A stretch of 64,000 bases of DNA from Anolis carolinensis (Eukaryota), in assembly GCF_035594765.1 (NCBI RefSeq), contig NW_026943818.1, forward strand, positions 32,919,559 to 32,983,558. The letters run 5' to 3'. The notes below the pieces were generated by a model. It was not told the DNA's origin and did not search any database. It saw only the letters and a list, made by a program, of their open reading frames with translations. Positions 58,295-64,000 of the stretch are shown piece after piece. Positions within the stretch are counted from its first letter, which is position 1; each line of letters begins with the position of its first letter. A program made the translations under genes and the position numbers.

Positions 58295-61200
58295 ATGGTC
58301 TCCTCCGGGCAGTACGGCCCTCGGGCCCTGTCCGCCCTGAGCCTTCTGGGCACGGGCTCGGGCCTGGTCTCGGTGCTGGCCTCCCTGCTGCTCTTCCAGG
58401 CCCGGCCGGGGGGTCTCGCTCTGGGGCCGGGGTCCCTCCCGGAGGCCTCCCGCCGGGCGCTTCTCTCCCTCTCGGCCGTGGGCTCCGCGCTGTGCCTGGT
58501 CCTGAGCCTGGCCTGCCTCCTCCTGGCCCTGCTCCACTCCTACTGCGCCGCAGAGGGCTGCGCACAACCCCAGGGAGCACAACTAACGTCACACAGGTGA
58601 GACACATCCCTCTCTATCTCGGGCAAGGAACAGGTGAGTTTTGGGGGTGGAAAGGGTGGGATTCAGGGAAGAAATAGGTGAGTTGAGGGGTATGTTTTGG
58701 GCATGGAAAGGTGGGAGGCTCTCGGACTGTGTCCAGGGAGCACACCAAACGTCACACAGGTGAGACACATCCTTCTCTATCTCGGGTAAGGAACAGGTGA
58801 GTTTTGGGGGTAGAAAGGGTAAGATTTGGGGAAGGAATAGGTGAGTTTTGGGGTGAGTTTTGGGGGTAGAAAGAGTAGGATTCAGGGAAGGAATAGGTAG
58901 GAGTTTCGCCTCCTCCTCACCCTCTGACTGTGCCCAGGGAGCACACCAAGCGTCACACAGGTGAGACACATCCCTCTTTGTCTTGAGGAAGGAATAGGTG
59001 AGTTTTGGAGATGGAAAGGGTAGGAATAGGTGAGTTTTGGGGTGAGTTTGTGGGTAGAAAGGGTGGGATTCAGAGAAGGAATAGGCAGGAGGCTCGCCTC
59101 CTCCTCGCCCTCCAACTGTGCCCAGGGAGCACACCAAACGTCACACAGGTGAGACACATCCTTCTCTATCTCAGGGAAGGAATAGGTGACTTTTTGGGAG
59201 ATTTTTGGGCATGGAAAGGGTGGGATTTGGGAAAGGAATAGGTGAGTTTTGGGGTGAGTTTTGGGGGTAGAAAAGGTGGGAATCAGGAAAGGAATAGGTA
59301 GGAGGCTCACCTCCTCTTCGTCCTCTGACTGTGCCCAGGGAGCACACCTGGCGTCACATAGGTGAGACACATCCCTCTCTATCTCGGGGAAGGAATAGGT
59401 GACTTTTGGGGTGCGTTTTGGGGTGTAGAAGGAATAGGGGAGTTTTGGGGATGGAAAGGGTGGGATTTGGTAAAGGAATAGAGAGTTGAGGTGTATGTTT
59501 TGGGGATGGAAAGGGTGGGAGGCTCTCGGACCGTTCCCAGGGAGCACACTTGGCGTCACACAGGTGAGACACATCCCTCTCTATCTCGGGGAAGGAACAG
59601 GTGAGTTTGGGGGTGGAAAGGGTGGGATTCAGGGAAGAAATAGGTGAGTTGAGGGGTATGTTTTGGGCATGGAAAGGTGGGAGGCTCTCGGACTGTGTCC
59701 AGGGAGCACACCAAACGTCACACAGGTGAGACACATCCTTCTCTATCTCGGGGAAGGAATAGGTGAGTTTTGGGGTGAGTTTTGGGGGTAGAAAGAGTGG
59801 GATTCAGGGAAGGAATAGGTAGGAGTTTCACCTCCTCTTCGTCCTCCGACTGTGCCCAGGGAGCACACCTGGCGTCACACAGGTGAGACACATCCCTCTC
59901 TATCTCGGGGAAGGAATAGGTGAGTTTTGGGGGTAGAAAGGGTGGGATTCAGGGAAGAAATAGCTGAGTTGAGGGGTATGTTTTGGGGATGGAAAGGTGG
60001 GATGCTCTCGGACTGTTCCCAGGGAGCACACCTGGCGTCACACAGGTGAGACACATCCCTCTCTATCTCAAGGAAGGAATGGGTGAGTTTTGGGAGTAGA
60101 AAGAGTGGGATTTGGGGAAGAAATAGGTGAGTTTTGGGGTGAGTTTTGAGTATGGAAAAGGTGGGATGCTCTCGGACTGTTCTCAGGGAGCACACCTGGT
60201 GTCACACAGGTGAGACACATCCTTCTCTATCTCAGGGAAGGAATAGGTGAGTTTTGGGGGTGGAAAGGGTGGGATTCAGGGAAGAAATAAGTGAGTTGAG
60301 GGGTATGTTTTGGGGATGGAAGGGTGGGAGGCTCTCGGACTGTTCTCAGGGAGCACACCTGGTGTCACACAGGTGAGACACATCCTTCTCTATCTCAGGG
60401 AAGGAATAGGTGAGTTTTGGGGGTGGAAAGGGTGGGATTCAGGGAAGAAATAAGTGAGTTGAGGGGTATGTTTTGGGGATGGAAGGGTGGGAGGCTCTCG
60501 GACTGTTCTCAGGGAGCACACCTGGTGTCACACAGGTGAGACACATCCTTCTCTATCTCCGGGAAGAAATAGGTGAGTTTTGAGGGTGGAAAGGGTGGGA
60601 TTCAGGGAAGAAATAGGTACGTTTTGGGATCTGAGCATCGCATGGATTTGTTTGGGGTCTCCATGGCAGTGGTGAGGCCCAATTCATATGCTAATACGCA
60701 AATTCCGTGTCGTTTTCCCGTCTTTCCCACGTTTGCTGCTGTCAATCTTCATCACGGCCTCGGAAGTTGGGCCAAGTAGTTTGTGTCCCTTTTAATTTTA
60801 TTTATTTATTTATTTTCCATCCCTCTGAATTGACCGAAACAAAGGTCCCTCTATTCCCTCGGACAATGGAAGAAATTTAAAAAAACAACACAACTATTTT
60901 TCCCCCTCCCGAGGCCCCTCCGCTTCTTTCCGAGGCCTGTAAACAAGACGCCAAAAACTAATAATATTAGTTACTACTGACACTAATTACTAGTAGTTGT
61001 ATTATTATTAATATTGTATTGTATTGATATTAATATAATGTTGTATTAATATTGTATTGTAATATTGTAATACAGTATTATTAATATTGACTATTAAGAA
61101 TAATATTTGTTACCTGCCTCTCTACTAATAATAGTAGTTAATAGTAATCAATATTATTAATACTGACTATTAATATTTGTTACCTGCCTCTCTACTAATA

Positions 61201-62628
61201 ATAGTAGTTAATAGTAATCAATATTATTAATACTGACTATTAATATTTGTTACCTGTCTCTCTACTAATAATAGTAGTTACTACGAATAGTATTCAATAT
61301 TGTTAATATTGACTTTTAATAACAACATTATACTTGTTACCTGGCTTTCTACTAATAATATTAGTTACTACTTACAGTAATTACAAATAGTAGTTATTAC
61401 GAATAATGATCAATATTATTAACAATGACTATTAATAACATTATATTTGTTACCTGCTCTCTGCTAATAATAGTTATTACTACTAATAGTAGTTACTGCA
61501 AATGGTAATCAAAATGACTCATATTGACTATTAATAATAGTAGTTACTACTAATTGTAATCAATATTATAAATACTGACGATTAATAATATATTTGTTAC
61601 CTGTCTCTCTACTAATAATAGTAGTTACTATGAATAGTAATAAATATTAATATTGACCATTAAGAATAACATTATATTTGTTACCTGATTGTACTAATAA
61701 TAGTAGTTACTACTGACAGTAGTTACTACTGATAGTAGCTACAACTAATAGTAATCAATATTATGATTATTGATTATTAAGAATAACATTATAGTTGTTA
61801 CCTGGCTCTCTACTAATAATAGTAGTTACTACTAATAGTAGTTACTACTAATAGTAGTTACTGCTATTATTAATATTGTCTATTAATAATAGTATTATAT
61901 GTGTTGAGAAGCAGAAGTGGGCGAGAGAGTGGCACTTTTGCACCAAAATAATCACGATAAATTAATAATAATATTAATAATAATAATAATCTGTGTTCCA
62001 AGGGTGTATCGATCTGGGCATAAAAGTCTTTTATTATCTCTATTTTTTGGTGGAAATACATCAGCGACCGGTTCCTTCTGGACAGCCGGAAAGTCCGTCA
62101 CGTGGCCGTGGGCCTCTTCTGCTGCGCGGTGTCCGTCTACCTGGCAGGTAAGTGGTCCCCGTTGGCTACTATTAGTAGGTCCCGCTACTATTCGGATACA
62201 ACCCGGATCAATATGCCTTCTGCCCCTTTGCAGCGCTGTCCATGTACATGCTGGTGCTATTCGAGCTCGAGACGGGCGTCGCTGGGGCCTGCGTCTTGTC
62301 CTCGGGCGTCGTGGTTCTGGTGGTCACCGTCGCCCACGTCCTGATCCGGGCCTCCCGGGCATCCCGGTGTGTAAACCTCCCGCAAAGTTTGTACGAAAAC
62401 GGCTCCGCCGGCCTCGATGTGGCCCACCTGAACAACGCCGTGGTGGGTAGCTCGTCCAGCGGTCCCGAGGATGACCTCTACGCCGCCCCCCGGACACACC
62501 GGACCCTCTCGGCGGACTCGGCCCTCCTGGTGGCCCAGTGCAAGCCCTGGAACAGCGTGGCCCGGGAGGTGAAGAACGCCCTCGCACGCAAAGCCTCCGG
62601 CACCGGGAAGGACTCCACCTTGGTGTGA
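58295..62628 (+). CDS. TMEM221: Transmembrane protein 221, 3 exons, ~259 aa
   Basis: Exons 58295-58596, 62065-62147, 62234-62628 join in frame. Motifs [38 protein letters not shown] and C-terminal GKDSTLV. AATAAA at 63432-63437. Confidence 0.9.
58570..60620 (+). repeat. ~160-210-bp array in TMEM221 intron 1 reiterating the exon-1 end and splice donor
   Basis: CAGGGAGCACAC...GTCACACAG|GTGAGACACATCC about 12 times. Confidence 0.95.
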
Positions 62629-62669
62629 GCGGTGGCCGGTGGGGCGTCATCCGGACACCCCGGCTCACT

Positions 62670-63410
62670 ACTATGGGGTCGTGGGAGTTGTAGTTTGACC
62701 GGAAGGTGCCTCTGCCTTGTAGCATTGCCACTAGCTCAAAACTATGGAGTCCTGGGAGTTGTAGTTTGACCGGAGGGTGCCTCTGCCTTGTAGCATTACC
62801 ACTAGCTCAACACTATGGAGACCTGGGAGTTGTAGTTTGACCGGAGGGTGCCTCTGCCTTGTAGAATTACCACTAGCTCAACACTATGGAGACCTGGGAG
62901 TTGTAGTTTGACCGGAGGGTGCCTCTGCCTTGTAGAATTACCACTAGCTCAACACTATGGAGTGCTGGGAGTTGTAGTTTGACCGGAGGGTGCCTCTGCC
63001 TTGTAGCATTGCCACTAGCTCAACACTATGGAGACCTGGGAGTTGTAGTTTGACCGGAGGGTGCCTCTGCCTTGTAGTATTACCACTGGCTCAACACTGT
63101 GGAGACCTGGGAGTTGTAGTTTGACCGGAGGGTGCCTCTGCCTTGTAGCATTACCACTAGCTCAACACTATGGAGTCCTGGGAGTTGTAGTTTGACCGGA
63201 GGGTGCCTCTGCCTTGTAGCATTGCCACTAGCTCAACACTATGGAGACCTGGGAGTTGTAGTTTGACCGGAGGGTGCCTCTGCCTTGTAGTATTACCACT
63301 GGCTCAACACTGTGGAGACCTGGGAGTTGTAGTTTGACTGGAGGGTGCCCCTGCCTTGTAGCATTACCACTAGCTCAACACTATGGAGTCCTGGGAGTTG
63401 TAGTTTGTCA
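62670..63410. repeat. 71-bp array in the TMEM221 3' region, each unit with TGGGAGTTGTAGT
   Basis: About 11 copies between the stop codon and AATAAA at 63432. Confidence 0.95.
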
Positions 63411-63459
63411 CTCTTAAGCAGACCTTGGATCAATAAAGTACAAAACAAAGGCCTCTGAC

Positions 63460-63737
63460 TCATATGTAAATATATGCAAATAGCTCCAAAGTTTAAGGCA
63501 TGCTTCACCCTAGACTAAGCCAAACTAAGCATCCCACGCATGCGCAGACCGGGCTCCAAGGCAGCACAGAGAGACTGGAGAGTGGTCCCAGCCCGCGCAT
63601 GCGCCCCTGCCCCCGCCTCCCATCCCGCGCATGCGCCGTGCGCCCTCCGCCTCAGTTCTCCTCAGGCGAGGCGGCGGCAGGTCGTGAGGGGACGGAGCGG
63701 AGCCCACGCCGGGCCCGCGGCCTCCTCTCCGCCGGCC
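63460..63737 (+). promoter_or_regulatory. CpG-island promoter with three NRF1 sites
   Basis: CGCATGCGC at ~63537, ~63596 and ~63628; GC box CCCCGCCTCC; octamer ATGCAAAT at ~63474. Confidence 0.7.
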
Positions 63738-63853
63738 ATGGAGCCCGAGGCCTCGGGCGAGGCCAGCAGCGCCGGCGGGGCCGAGGCCGGAGCCGGAGCC
63801 TTCAGCCCCGAGGCCGGAGGGTGGGCGCCGGCCAAGGAGACCCCCGGAGGTGG
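63738..63853 (+). CDS. Probable first coding exon of an unidentified gene continuing beyond the window (MEPEASGEASSAGGAEAGAG...)
   Basis: Strong Kozak GCCGGCCATGG in a CpG-rich island downstream of NRF1 motifs; donor GG|GTGAGC at 63854. Confidence 0.55.
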
Positions 63854-64000
63854 GTGAGCAAGGCTTCTACGAAAGGCCCCGGCTTGGGCCTACATCCAAG
63901 GCCTAGTGCTCGTCAGAAGCCAGTGGCAGCGCGCTGCCGTTCGCTATTAGTGTTATTATTAGGGTAATATTTATTTATGCATTTTCCGGGCTGTCTGGCC

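Noticed and set aside
63738-63853. Gene symbol for the last exon (faint resemblance to the ANO8 N-terminus)
   Set aside because: Only 38 low-complexity residues are visible; not enough to name.

Overview
Eukaryotic vertebrate DNA. The repeat content (Sauria-type SINE, Penelope, R4/Dong LINE, Helitron, Tc1/mariner MITEs) suggests a squamate reptile, probably an Anolis-like lizard (inference). The window is gene-dense and saturated with minisatellites. Five spliced genes can be assembled by hand with GT-AG junctions: AMH (+, 1887-11440), JSRP1 (-, 16417-21763), MADCAM1 (+, 31856-37088), TMEM161A (-, 39271-46987; one apparent +1 frameshift and one U12-type intron) and TMEM221 (+, 58295-62628). 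The first exon of an unidentified gene starts at 63738. A miR-9 hairpin lies on the minus strand at about 49281-49360. The most unusual feature is AMH: exon 1 carries about 590 codons of in-frame acidic Gly-rich tandem repeats right after the signal peptide, giving a predicted precursor of about 1217 aa, roughly twice a typical AMH. Many tandem arrays appear seeded at exon ends, and some multiply splice donors or transcription-factor motifs. Most six-frame ORFs are artefacts of these repeats or of N runs. No prokaryotic-type system (CRISPR etc.) is present. All identifications come from recalled protein and motif similarity; no searches were run.
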